Of a stretch of 64,000 nucleotides of DNA, positions 39,128-52,183 are shown piece after piece. Under the pieces are notes generated by a model. That model was not told the DNA's origin. It saw only the letters and a program-made list of their open reading frames with translations, and did no database searches. The DNA comes from Carcharhinus amblyrhynchos. Its lineage: Eukaryota. A program made the translations under genes and the position numbers. The stretch's first letter is position 1. The number at the start of each line of letters is the position of its first letter. The stretch spans positions 17,112,001 through 17,176,000 of the forward strand of contig OZ336874.1 in assembly GCA_965287045.1 (NCBI GenBank), given 5' to 3'.

Positions 39128-42011
39128 TATGGAGGGGGGGTGGGGAGGTGGACGGAACTGGGATTGGGGATAGGGTAAGCCCGGAGGGTAGGAAGAAGGA
39201 TCGGATTGTTTCTGAGGGTCTTCGGTGCATGTGTTTCAATGCTAGGAGTGTGACTGGCAAAACAGATGAACTGAAGGCAATAATGTTCGAAAGGAAGTTG
39301 GAAGTGGTGGCGGTGACAGAGACTTGGTTAAAGGAAGGGCAGGACTGGCAGTTGAATGTTTCCGGGTATAAGTGCTTCAGGCGTGATAGGGGTGGGTCGC
39401 TGAGAGGTGGGGGAGTGGCGTTGTTAGTTAAGGATTGTATCATAGCAGTGCAGAGGGAGGGAGGTATGAGGATATAGGAATCGAGTCGCTTTGGGTGGAG
39501 TTGAGGAATAGGAAGGGAGATGTTACTATGTTGGGTGTGTACTACAGACCGCCCAACAGCCCGAGGGCTGTGGAAGAAGGGATAAGCAGGGACATTCTAG
39601 AGAAGTGCAGGAAGTATAGGGTGGTGGTAGTGGGAGATTTTAATCTCCCCGGGGTAGATTGGAAGGTGCCGAGATCAGAGGGTGCTGACGGGGAGGAATT
39701 TGTACAGTGTGTAATGGAAGGATCCCTGGAGCAGTATGTGGATAGCCCGACCAGAGAGGGGGCTATACTGGACTTGGTTCTGGGGAATGAGCCTGGGCAG
39801 GTGGTTGACGTTGAAGTAGGAGAGCATGTGGCTAACAGTGACCACAACTCTGTCTGGTTTAAGATATTAATGGATAAAGATGAAGCCTGTCCTAAGGGGA
39901 GGGTGTTAAACTGGGGGAGGGCTAGATACAACCGGATTAGGCAGGATCTTAAAGATACGGACTGGGGTAAGCTGTTTGATGGCAGGTCGACGCTGGGTAT
40001 GTGGGACTCTCTCAAGGGAAAACTAAAATCTTTGCAGGAAAGACATGTGCCGGTCAAGAGGAAGGATGGGAAGGGTAGGATTAGAGAGCCGTGGGTAACT
40101 AGGGATATTGAGGTCCTGGTCAGGAGGAAGAGGGAGGCGTACATTAGATCTAGGCATTTGAGGACAGAGATAGCGTTAGAAGAATACAGAGAATGTAGGA
40201 GAGAACTTAAAAGGGGCATCAGAAAGGCAAAAAGGGGCCACGAAATGGCTTTGGCGGGTAGGATTAAAGAAAATCCTAAGGCATTTTACTCCTATGTTAG
40301 AAATAAAAGGATGGTTAGAGGGAAGATTGGTCCTCTCAGGGACAGAGGAGGGGAACTATGCTTGGAGCCTGGGGGAATGGGGGAGATCCTGAATGAATAC
40401 TTTGCGTCGGTATTCACGCAGGAGAGGGGCCTGATGTCTGGTGCTGTGCTTGAGGAGTTTGAGGATCCGTTGAGGGAAATAGTCATCACGAGGGAAGAGG
40501 TGTTGGGACTTTTAGACAGTGTAAAGACGGATAAATCTCCGGGGCCTGATGGCATCTATCCCAGGCTGCTAAGGGAGGTGAGGGATGAAATTGCTGGGCC
40601 TCTGACGCAAATCTTTGTCTCTTCTTTGGACACAGGTGAGGTCCCAGAGGATTGGCGGATTGCAAATGTAGTACCGTTGTTTAAAAAGGGTCAGAGGGAT
40701 AACCCAGGGAATTATAGGCTGGTGAGCTTGACTTCAGTTATAGGCAAGCTAATGGAGAGGATCCTCAAGGATAGGATGTATGAACATCTGGAGCGCTGCA
40801 ATCTGATCAGGGATACGCAGCATGGCTTCGTTACAGGGAGGTTGTGCCTTATGAATCTAGTGGAATTTTTTGAAGAGGTGACAAAAACGGTTGACGAAGG
40901 ACAAGCCGTTGATGTCGTCTATATGGATTTCAGTAAGGCGTTTGACAAGGTCCCTCGTGGTAGGCTGATAGAAAAGGTGAAGGCTCATGGGATACAAGGC
41001 CAGGTATGTAGATGGGTGGAGAACTGGCTTGGGAGGAGGAGACAGCGGGTAGTAGTGGAAGGCTCCTTTTCCAATTGGAGGTCTGTCACCAGTGGTGTGC
41101 CGCAGGGCTCGGTACTAGGACCTCTTCTATTTGTGGTATATATTAATGACCTGGAAGAGGGGGTAGGTGGTGTGATCAGCAAATTTGCTGATGACACTAA
41201 GATGGTTGGATTGGCGGGTACTGAGGAGCAGTGCCTGGCAATGCAACAGGACATAGACAGGCTGGTAGATTGGGCAGATAGATGGCAAATGGAATTCAAT
41301 CCGGAGAAATGCGAGGTGATGCACTTTGGCCGGAATAATGTGGAGGGGAGTTATACGATAAAAGGTAGAACTATCCGGAGTACAGATACGCAGAGAGACC
41401 TGGGGGTGCAAGTGCACAAGTCCCTGAAGGTGTCGGTGCAGGTGCAGAATGTGATGAGGAAAGCGTATGGTATGTTAGCCTTTATAGGAAGAGGTATAGA
41501 ATATAAGAGTAGGAGTCTGATGTTGCAGTTGTATAGAACGTTGGTTAGGCCTCACTTGGAGTACTGCGTCCAGTTCTGGTTGCCGTACTACCGGAAGGAT
41601 GTAGAGATCCTGGAGAGAGTGCAGAGGAGGTTTACCAGGATGCTGCCTGGTATGGAAGGGCTGTCTTACGAGGAAAGATTGAACGAACTTGGGCTGTTTT
41701 CCCTTGAGAGACGTCGGCTGAGGAGGGATCTAATAGAGGTTTATAAGATTATGAAGGGGATAGATAGAGTAAATGGTGGTAAGCTTTTTCTGCTATTAGA
41801 AATGGATAGAACGAGGGGTCACAGGCTTAGGGTGAGGGGGGCTAGGTATAAGACAAATATTAGAGGGCAGTTTTTCACGCAAAGGGTAGTGGGGGTGTGG
41901 AATGCACTGCCGAGTAAGGTGGTGGAAGCAGGCACGCTAGGGTTGTTTAAGAGTCACTTAGACAGCCACATGAGCGGGCTACATATAGGGGGATATAGCT
42001 GGCCTTACTAA
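39118..42011 (+). pseudogene. CR1 ORF2 (APE endonuclease + reverse transcriptase) with one 1-nt frameshift near 39460
   Basis: FNARS, VTETW, YYRPP, GDFN, LDLVL, SDHN (APE); KSPGPDG, DFSKAFD, GVPQGSVLGP, FADD (RT); split between the 39148..39477 and 39435..42011 frames. Confidence 0.92.
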
Positions 42012-42839
42012 ACATTGTAGGCTTGGGATTACGTTTTTGCCTCAGGGATGTTACAGTCTTTGCCTGTTTAATAATGAATTTTTTGTCTCCACAGGCATTT
42101 AAGTCCAGCAAGGGGCATGCATGCGGCAGGTTGTGGTGGGCTGCTCTTGGACGTTGCTTCGGGAGTTGCCTATTGCTTCATGTCGTTAGTGTGCTTAAAC
42201 TGGACCATCTCGAGGGCAACATGACAGCTCAGAGACTATCTCTGTCGCTGTGCGGACACATGGATTTGGGCCTGTGTCTGTGGGAGTTTGCACGTTCTCC
42301 CCGTGGTTGCGTGGGTTTCCTCCGGGTACTCCGGTTTCCTCCCACATCCCAAAGATGTGCTTTTAGGCTGATTGATTGGGTACTAAATTGTCCCTATATT
42401 GGACCTCCCTGATTAGGCGTAGACTAAAATCATGAATAGGTCACTGAGACAGTGGGACGGCGGCGCGGGCTCGTTGGGCCGAAGGGCCTGTTTCCCATGC
42501 TGTGTTGTTCTTTGTTCTTTGTTTTTTATGATCTCCCCTCCCTGAATATTCAGATCTTGTTAAAGGGATGTCAGGTTGGTGAGGATTACAACAGTTTAAT
42601 AAGAACAGGGACTGACTTTTATGTCTCATCATAGAGGGATTGGGGCTAGAAATTGTGGTGAGCCATTCAAAAGTCCATTAACTTTGATGGGAGTGGAAAG
42701 TCCCTCCAGTGGAAGATTCCTATGCATTTTGGGACACTAAAGCCAGAATTTTTTGATTGTTTACGACAGTAGGATTTTCCCATCCTGCTGCAGTGAACAT
42801 GGATTTGGTTTGGGGTAAGATCACACCCTATGCATCATT

Positions 42840-43285
42840 TTAGAATGGCCAAATCACCTAACCTACACATTAAGAGACAATTTAGCATGGCCAATCCACC
42901 TAACCTGCACATATTTGGAGTGTGGGAGGAAACCAGGGCATCAGGAGGAAACCCACGCAGACACGAGGAAGAACATGCAGATTCTGTGCAGTCATCCAAG
43001 GTCGGAATTGAACCAGACTCCCTGGCACTGTCAGACAGCACTAACACACGCCCAGGCATTGCCCTGGTACTGTCCCTGGAGGTTGGCAGTGTCCCCTGGT
43101 ACAGGTTGGCAGGGGGCACTCCCAGTTTCCTCCCTCTTATACAGGCATGCTGGTTAAGTGCATTGGCCATGCTAAATTCTCCTCCGAACAGGTGCTGGGT
43201 GTGGCGACCAGGGGATTTTCACAGTAACTTCACTGCAGTGCTAATGTAACCCCACTTGTGACACTAATAAATGAACTTTCAGCTT
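42840..43285. mobile_element. Rearranged V-SINE pieces: minus 5' half, MITE-like fragment, plus 3' half
   Basis: Minus head and core at about 42840-43050; plus tail GGGATTTTCACAGTAACTT...GTGACACTAATAAA at about 43145-43285. Confidence 0.7.
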
Positions 43286-44133
43286 TAAAACAGGACACGT
43301 GCAACTAACTGTCACTCCACACATACCCAATTCGTTATACTTTTGATATCTTAACTCTTGCATTGAGTGCAGCTAGAATGTAGCCCACTAATAATCATTT
43401 TAATTTAGAAGACCAATGTTGAAATTCCTGCTGTCAATAATTTAAGTTTAACAAGCCAATGAGCATACGAAAATCAAAAAATAGCACTTGAAATCTATGA
43501 CACAGGATGGAGACTTGCCCCACTGCTGGCTGTCTCTCAGGCGATCCAAGTACTCAGTTTGGGAATGTAATAGGTGGTGCAACGTCTAAAGGGGCAGTGA
43601 TTGCAGAAATGAGTTAAATAATCATTTTGCAATGTACAGGGAAGGCAGCCATTTGGCTCAGCTAATTCATCCTTGTGTTGAAACCTGAAGTTTCTTTCAT
43701 TGCATCCAGTTAATCACTGGAATGACCAGAATCCTTCCCTTAACTACTCTCCACTTTCACGTGTTGAGCAATCTTTTTGTGTGAAGAAGCGTATTGTGAT
43801 ATCAGCCCTGAATTTATACTCTAACAGTTTGTATTTAGGCCCCTTTGTCCTCCAGTTGTGATATAGCTTGAAACAGTGTTCAGATTTGCCTCTTTCCAAG
43901 GCTAAGGATGTTTCTTCTGGCTAACTCTTAGTATCGAACACTGCAATGTAATGTCTTAGTATATGTTGGACTGCGTATAGCTTTCCATGGTAAAGATCAG
44001 AGTATTTTTATTAGTAACTTTCATCTTTCATCAGATAAGGACCACTCTTGGCTATAAATGTTACAGCAGTAAAGAAAATATCCATTATTTTTGAAAAAAA
44101 AATCATTAGCTTTAAGGAGAATTGAAGTTTTAC

Positions 44134-44253
44134 CTTGTCTAATGTTAATGTTCTAACGCAGTAGGTTGCCAGTTCAACTGTATCCTGCAGAGTGACTTGG
44201 ATTAATCCAAAGGTTTCAGTACCTCTAGAAGGCCAGTACTGGTCACATTTCAC
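44134..44253 (-). CDS. PTPRD: PTPRD D1 exon
   Basis: ttacag|GTG...GAC AAG|gtaaaa; 120 nt; [40 protein letters not shown] (KCxxYWP motif). Confidence 0.96.
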
Positions 44254-44386
44254 CTGTAAGAATAACCACAGGGATACTTACAGATACCAAGAAATATTCA
44301 TAGGTGAGTCACTTAAAATATATAACTTTTTCATTTTATTGATGTAGTTGTTTTGATCAACTCACATTCAAGGCGTTGAATACATT

Positions 44387-44483
44387 GGGCAGAATTTTCC
44401 AGCTGTGCATGTCCCAAGATCAGAAAATCCCACCCAAGGTCAACGGACCTTGGTGAGGTGGGTGGGAGGTGAAAATTCCACCC
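44387..44483. mobile_element. Short MITE with 3-bp TSD
   Basis: ATT|GGGCAGAATTTTCC...GAAAATTCCACCC|ATT. Confidence 0.68.
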
Positions 44484-45420
44484 ATTGACTTGCTTACCAA
44501 GTCAATAATGTATTTTCACTGCACAAGATCATGGTTCAGTAGCAAATGCTTTTAATTGTTAATATATCAGTTAACAGGCACAGGCTTTCCAAACTGATTG
44601 ACTTTAGGAGGCACATGGAAAATGTTTATCTTAACAGTACAAATGTTAGCCTCTGCCAGTGGTAAAGGGCTTTATGGCCCTGGTGCTACCGGATATGGAG
44701 GGTTTATTCAAGTACAAGACAAGTCAGTATTTTCACCTCGGCACCAACAGTTGACACTGGCATCTCTAGAGAGGGATGGGAGATCTGGTGCTATTGGAAT
44801 ACAGCAGCCTTCAGGAACACATTACATATTTTATGCCCAATTTTCCACTAGTCCTGAAGACAAAGTGTCGCTGGAAAAGACCAAACACACCCGGAGAGAG
44901 ACTGAATATGGCTAACCCCCAGAGGGTCAGGCGCAGGGGGTGTGACTCCTGGCACTGCCAAGGGGCAAAGAGTCAATGCCCATTGGGCATGGGGAAGTTC
45001 AAAGGGGGAGGGGCCAGATAGGGGCAGAGACGAGGGGCCGATTGGTGGGGTAAGGAGGGAGGCCAGTGATCAGGATGGGCTCGGGGGGGCGGGGGGGATT
45101 GCGGTTTGGGGCTGGCCTAAGAATGGTCGGGGGGGGGCCAGTGATTGGGCCACGAGGGGGCAGAGGGCTGGCGATGTGAGGCTGGGCAGTAATCGAGCTA
45201 ACCAGCAATTGGGAGACCATCAATGGGGCCACTGCGCATGCGCTGATCTCGGAACACAGTGGATACACAGTGGCCCACTCAGTATGCTGATGTCAGCCCC
45301 TCCAGCAGGGATAAGCCCCACCCCTTGTTTTTGATGATTTTCACCCCGATGGCCTCTGCAGTGCATAGAGTGTGGGAGATGATTCTTCGACTCCCACTGA
45401 AAAAAACAATGCAAATTACT

Positions 45421-45713
45421 TGGCATGGTGGCACCCTGGTTAGCACTGCTGCTTCGGGTCACTATCTGTGTGGAGTTTGCACATTCTCACCATGTCTGCA
45501 CAGGTTTCCTCCAGGTGCTCTGGTTTCCTTCCACAGTTCAAAGGCGTGCAGGTTAAGTTGACTGGCCATGCTAAATTGACTCTTGTGTCAGGGGACTGGA
45601 AGGATAAATGCATGAGGCTGTGGGAATAGGGCTTGGGTGGGACTATGGTCAGTACAGACTTGATGAGCTGAGTGGCCTCCTTCTGCACTGTCGGGATTTC
45701 ATGATTGTATGAT
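45421..45713 (+). mobile_element. V-SINE with CR1-type tail
   Basis: GTGTGGAGTTTGCACATTCTC...TTTCCTCCAGGTGCTCTGGTTTCC; tail GGCCTCCTTCTGCACTG. Confidence 0.85.
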
Positions 45714-47494
45714 ACTAAGTTTTCCATGCAAAATCAACACTTCGAATTTTTTTTGGGAGGATTCTGGCCTTTATGCCAATATACGTGAAGATAATAAATC
45801 AAATCAAATCAACATGGCAATACCACCCCAGAAGAAAACCTATTCCTTTCCTGAATGAACTGACATTAATTCTCGGTTCATTCCACACTCTGGGGTACTA
45901 GGCTATAGAATGGACCCAACAGTATTGGTTGGTTCTTCAGCAAACACATTGTAATTTTACATAATTTACATTTCAGGCAGTTCAGCTCCTGAAATGCAAA
46001 GCAAAGATGTAACAATATCTAAAAATCCATTTTTCAATCAGGAGCATTAAATGAGGTGTGCAGAGTTGAGGAACCCTAACCTAACAAGCTTCTATCTGCT
46101 GAAACAAATGCATCCCCAGGTTAATCAGTACTGAACAGCTGAATCACATATGCACTCAGGATAATAATAAAAGAACAAAATGCATAGGTGTAGCTCATTC
46201 CTGCAAGATGTTAAATGGGTCAATATTATAATTATATTACAGAATCACAGATTTGGCTAGAGGGCTATGGGTGTGGAATTCCACTAAATTTATTACACTG
46301 GAGTTTTTTTTTAAACTTGTCTTTTTAATGTCCATTACCAATGTTTAAAAATATAAAAAGCAGCGTGTTAATCATCAGCTTCCTGTAACAGGAACAATAT
46401 CAGGCAATAGTAGAAACAAACACTGTGGGCGAGATTCTACGGTTTCGCTCATTCTGAAACCATAAACTCCCACTCAAGTTCAACAGACCTTTCCATGGTC
46501 CACCCCTCACCCATTCTGATTCCCGTGGCGGGCAGCAGATAAAATTTCAGCCTGAGGGTTAAGGAGTATGAAATGGGCAATAATTCACTTGGAATTTTTT
46601 GTTTAGCAATTAAGCCCAACATTCCAATTTGACACCTATAATTCAATTTTAGCAACGAGGCCATTTAACATTCACTCCCTCCCTGCAATATTAGATCAGT
46701 AACCCTTTGAGAAAATTTACCCTATGATAAAAACTAATCTCATTCTGTCACACTTAGTCATTTCTTCACAGCACACTGAATCCATCTGCATCCTCTACAC
46801 TGCATTCCATGCTTCTATTTTAGGGTGGGATATTCCTTTACTTATTATTTTAGAAATTGAAGGAACAGGGAGCTAGAAACCAGGAATTTGATCCTTAAAG
46901 GGTTTACATTTATAAATCTATCACTGATGGATACAGTTTTTTCTACACTTGTCCCTTTTTTCTAGTCTGGTGGATGCACATACAGCTTCCTAATAGAAAC
47001 TAATAAATTACTACCCATAATGTTGTCAAGTGAAGCATCTCTTTATATTAAAGAAAATATTTCAAGACAAGCATTGAGATGGAAGCATGGGACATCAGGT
47101 GCCTTCCATTTGTATTATTGACACTAAAGGCAGAAGTTATATTTTTCAATGACACAATAAAAGGGAGGCAGGCTAAGATGTCAGCCCTTATCACAGACAA
47201 AACTCCTGCCATTCATTGTGAAAAGAAAGGCTTCTTGCCATAGCTTCTTGCAAATATGAGGGTATGAATAGTTCAAGATATAACCTGACCTCTCCCCAAC
47301 CACTCGTGATGCACTGACCGATGGATAGTAAGTATGAGAATGTCACAGTGAGTCAGTCATCTCAGTCTTTTCCTTCCTATTTTCAGAGCAACTTCTAAAA
47401 TTGAAAATACCTGTTGGTGAGGACCATTGCAACTCATCCAAATAGTTAGCAGATGGATTTGAATAAGAGGCTTTATCCTATCGATAAAAACAAA

Positions 47495-49145
47495 TTATAG
47501 AACCATAGAATGGCTGCAGCACAGAAAGAGGCCACTCAGCCCACTGTGTGAAGAAGAAACAAAAACCACAAATTTATTTTAATCCCACTTTTCACCTCCT
47601 GGCCTTGCAGGTTACAGCATTTCCTGTACAGAGCCAAATACCTTTAAATGAGTTGAGTGTTTCAGCCCCAACCATCAATTCAGGCTGTGAGTTCCAGACA
47701 CTCACCACTCTCTGGGTGAAAAGGCTTTCATCATGTCCCCTCTAATCCTTAAACCTATGCCCTCTGGTAATTGACGTCTCAACTAGAGGAAACAGATCAT
47801 TCCTGTCTACCATATCTAGGCCCCTCATAATTTTTTACACCTCAATTAGGTCACCTCTTGGCCTCCTCTGTTCCAAGGAAAACAACCATAGCCAACTCAA
47901 TCTTTCCTCATAGCTGCAATTTTCAAATCCTGGCAATCTCTTCTGCATTCTCTCCTAAGCAATTATTTCCTCCCAGGAATGCGGTGACCAGAACCGTACA
48001 TAAAGCCCCTGCTGTGGCCTAATCAGCACTTTATACAGTTGCATCATTACATTCCTGCTTTTGTATTCAATATCTCACCCAATAAAGAAAAGCATTCCAT
48101 CTGCTGTCTTTATCACCTCCTTCCACCTTCAGCGACCTGTGGACATGCACTCCAAGGCCTCTCTCTTCCTCTATCTCTCCCAATATTCTCCTGTTTATTA
48201 AGTACCCTTAACTTTGATGGCCTCCCCCAATGTATTGCACTTTTTCAGATTGAATTGCATTCGCCACTTTTCTGTTCACTGAACCAAATCATTGATATCC
48301 TTCTGGAGTCAAGAGCTATCCACTTCACTATCAACTACATGGTCAGTTTTGTGTCACTTGCAAATTTCCCAATCATACCTCCCACGTTTAAGTCTAAATT
48401 ATTGATACGTACAAAAACAGAAAGGTCCGTAACACTGAGTCCGGTAGAACACCACTAGAAAGTGCTTTCCATTCACAAAATCATTTATTGCCTTTTGTTT
48501 CTTATCGCTGAGCCAACTTTGGATCCAACTCAGCACTTTCCCCAAATCTTATGATGCATCACTTTTCTGAACAGTCTTCCCGTGGGACCTTATCAAATGC
48601 CTAAAATCCATGCAGACAAGATCCACTGCATTACCCTCAACAATCCTCCTTGTTACTTCCTCAAAATGATCAATCAAGTTAGCAAGACATGATCTTCCCT
48701 TAACAGAACCATGCTGACTTCCCTGATCACTCCAGGCTTTTCTAAGTGGCAGTTTATTGTGTCTCTCAGAATTGATTCCAATAATTTGCCCACCACTGAA
48801 GTCAGACTGACCAGCCTATTATTTTCTGGCATATCCCTCGCACCCTTTTTAAATAATGATACAATGTTCGCAAACCTCCAATCTTCTGGTACTTTGTTTC
48901 TATCTAGTAAGGATCGGAAAATGATTTTCAGAGCATCCGTTATTCTCTCCAGGGCTTCCTTTAAAAATCTGGGATAAATTCTATCCAGTCCTGGTGATCA
49001 ACCTATCCTCAAGGATGTCAGTCCCTCCAGTACTTCCTCCCTCATTCACTCTATTTAATATTTCATACTGGTAAAACATCTTTGGGTTTTCTTTGATTTT
49101 ACCTGCCTATAATTTTTCACATCCTCTCTTTGCTTTCCCAATTTC
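47495..49145 (-). mobile_element. Old degraded CR1 LINE (continues briefly at about 50250-50290)
   Basis: Reverse complement shows decayed RT motifs and a CR1 tail near 47500; boundaries approximate. Confidence 0.78.
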
Positions 49146-50245
49146 ACACAAACATAGAACAGTACAGCACAGTACTCGATGTTGTTCCGAGCTACGTCCC
49201 AACCCTAGATCAAGCTATCCCACTCCCCACTGTTCTGGTGTGTTCCATGTGCCTATCCAGTAACTGCTTAAAAGTTCCTAAAGTGTCTGACTCCATTATC
49301 ACAGCAGGCAATGCATCCCAATCACTCTTTGCGTAAAGAATCTACCTCGGACACCCCTCCTTTATCTCCCACCATGAACGTTATAGTTATGCCCCCTAAT
49401 AACAGCTACATCCACCCAAGGAAATAGTCTCTGCACATCCATTCTATCTATCCCCCTCATCATCTTATAAACCTCTATTAAGTCACCTCTCATCCTCCTC
49501 TGCTCTGAAGAGAAAAGCCCCAGCTCCCTCAACCTTTCCTCATAAGACCTACCTTCCAAACCAGGCAGCATACTGGTAAATCTCCTCTGCACTCTCTCTA
49601 ATGCTTCCTTCTTCTTGTGAGGCGACCAGAGCTGCACACAATATTCCAAGTGTGGTCTCACCAAGGTCCTGTACAGCTGCAGCATAATCCCACAAATCTT
49701 AAACTCAAACCCCCTGTTAATAAACGCTAACACACTATAAGTCTTCTTCATGGCTCTATCCACTTGAGTGGCAACCTTCAGAGATCTGTGGATATGAACC
49801 CCAAGATCTCCCTGTTCCTCCACATTCCTCAAGACCCTGCTGTTGACCCTGTAATCTGCATTCAAGCTTGTCTTAACAAAATGAATCACCTTGCACTCAT
49901 CAAGGTTAAACTCCATCTGCTACCTTTCGGCCCAGCTCTGCATCCTATCAATGTCTCTTTGCAGTCTACAAGGGCCCTCCACCTCAACCACTACTCCACC
50001 AATCTTGGTGTCATCAGCAAATTTACTAACCCACTATTCAGCCTCCTCTTTCAAGTCATTGATAAAAATCACAAATAGTAGAGGCCACAGCACTAATCCC
50101 TGTGGTACAATGCTGGTAACTGGCCTCCAGTCTGAAAATTTTCCCTCCACCCACCCTCTGTCATCTAATGAGACAGCCAGTTATTTATCCAATCAGCCAA
50201 ATTTCCTTCCATCCCACACCTCCTTACTTTCTTCATGAGCCTGCC
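49146..50245 (-). mobile_element. 5'-truncated CR1 LINE inserted into an older CR1
   Basis: ORF 49362..49916 (RPHLEYCVQLWSP, RRMRGDL); tail TGTTCTATG; candidate TSD ATTTC at 49141-49145 and 50246-50250. Confidence 0.88.
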
Positions 50246-52183
50246 ATTTCCTTTCTTACTTCATACCTGTATTTTCTAGACTATCAAAAGTGAATCTTAC
50301 CCAATCCCTTCTGTGTCCATTTTAACGATGCAACTTGAGTTCCACTCACAAGTAACCATAAGGACATCACGCAAGAGTCCAGGACCAACTCAACACAGGA
50401 TTTGCAGTGAAAGCGGAATCCAACCCTTCCAACGGGAATCAGGTGGCCCCTTCTGTCAGCACATCTGTAGTGTCAACCATGTTGCAGCATCTGATGGTGG
50501 ATGTCTCAGTTTCCACTGCCATACACACAGCATCTGTCAGAATCCCAATGTTGCAGTGAAAGCCCTGGCTGCACTCAATGCTGTCAAGGATGATCTGGGT
50601 GCGGCATCATGGCTTTGGATCGCAGCGTGCAAAGTGGTTTTCAGGGCATCACAGCAAATCCAGCACTCTGGGCTCCCGAAAGATCGCCTGCAGTTATGAC
50701 CTCCTACTGACAGCCCTACTCCCACCTCTCCTCCCTCTCTATGTCCTTTGCACATTCTTAATACCAAGTGAAAGGCTGACCTGCCTTCACAGACACACAT
50801 GCACACGCACAGTTTGCCTCCTGCTGTGCTTGGACTTAGAGCACAGCTCTGTTCGGTACAAGATTGCAAACAGGAGGAAGGTGCTGAAGACTACTGGTAA
50901 ATTCAGGCTGCACAGCAGTCCAGCAGTGTGCATTAACATTGCTACAAAATAGTTTCATGGCCAAATATACAGCTATTCCCGCATCCCCTTCAGATACCGA
51001 GGTTACATGGGATGAAGTTAGAGATTAATATGTAACATCAAAACAAAAAGGGGTGCCAAGTCTAATTTTAATCTCTATACATCTGGTTGGGTTCTATGAT
51101 TGTGGAAACGTTTTTGGAAACTGATTCAGAGGTCTGATATCTCAGTCAGTGCCACAAATAGATGCTAAACCAAGTGGCTAGGTGTGGGGGGCAGGAAAAT
51201 CACCTGGTTCAGTCCCAGCATATACATGTTCAAACTATTTATATATTTAGACCGCCTTTTCAAGAATGTTGGGCTAATTTTGGTGACAAGGTCTAAGCTC
51301 AATATCTTTGGCCGGGATTATTCCTCCTAAATGTTTGGAATGCTTAAGTCTCAGTTACCCAAAGGTCGGCTCTCCATGAAAGAACTTGGCCCCAGCCACC
51401 TCGCCTGCCTCCTACATAAAAACTGGAATTCCTTATGTATGAAGCTGAGCTTTTTCTCAAACCAAAAGAAACCCAGCAAGACTGTGGTGATACAGTGAGA
51501 GATGGGCTGTGCATATGTTTGTTGCTGTCACCAACTTTTCCCGTTTGCTTTAATCAAGCCACTCGGAACGGGATAGTGCTTTCAGTAGGGGTTAGTGACT
51601 TGGCAGCATAGTCAAGCTGCAAGAATGGAGTCTGGCAATACTAAGGTCAAAATAATGCGAGTTCAGGTCATTGACACCAGCTGAGAGTGGGTTAAGAAAC
51701 TGAAGAGCATTTACTGAAGAGGCCACCAACCAGATCCATTCACAATCTGTAAGGCCTTGCCCATGGAATAAAACATGTGGCTCAAGAGGAAAGCAGGCAC
51801 ATCAACACTTGGAACACTGTCCATTCCTACAGCTTCTCAAATAACATTATTGTGAAGTAGTAATTATATTCTTATGAGTAGAAATGCACAGTTACAAAAT
51901 GTTGATTGTTATATCTCGGGAACAAGCCAGACCACATTATTAAAACGAAGACAGAGATGCTGATGCAGTCTTCAACGGGACAATAAAGGCAAACACAAGG
52001 CAGAAGCTTCAAGAAAGCATGGATGGAAACGTATCTTGCCTTGAGGAAAAAATAGTAAGCAGAGATCTATAAATAATCACAGGCATTGAAGCGGAAGGAA
52101 GAAAAATAACTATATAAAGAAAGGGAAGATGAAACAATGCACGGCAGATGGATGGATGCGAGGAAAAGCAGCTCAGAGATGAT

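Larger units (their letters stand above)
38296..42530 (+). mobile_element. Near full-length CR1 LINE, 5'-truncated within the ORF1 zinc finger, antisense to PTPRD
   Basis: ORF1 and APE-RT ORF2; CR1 3' tail GGGCCGAAGGGCCTGTTT...(TGTTCTT)n; candidate TSD ATCTCCC at 38289-38295 and 42531-42537. Confidence 0.95.

Noticed and set aside
38584-41417. Long minus-strand ORFs (152, 141, 225 aa and others)
   Set aside because: Antisense shadows of the purine-rich CR1 ORFs; Ser/Leu/Pro-rich and without domains.
50313-50952. Possible Harbinger transposase remnant (VAVKALAALN)
   Set aside because: Only one short motif resemblance, with no DDE motifs or termini; not supportable without a search.
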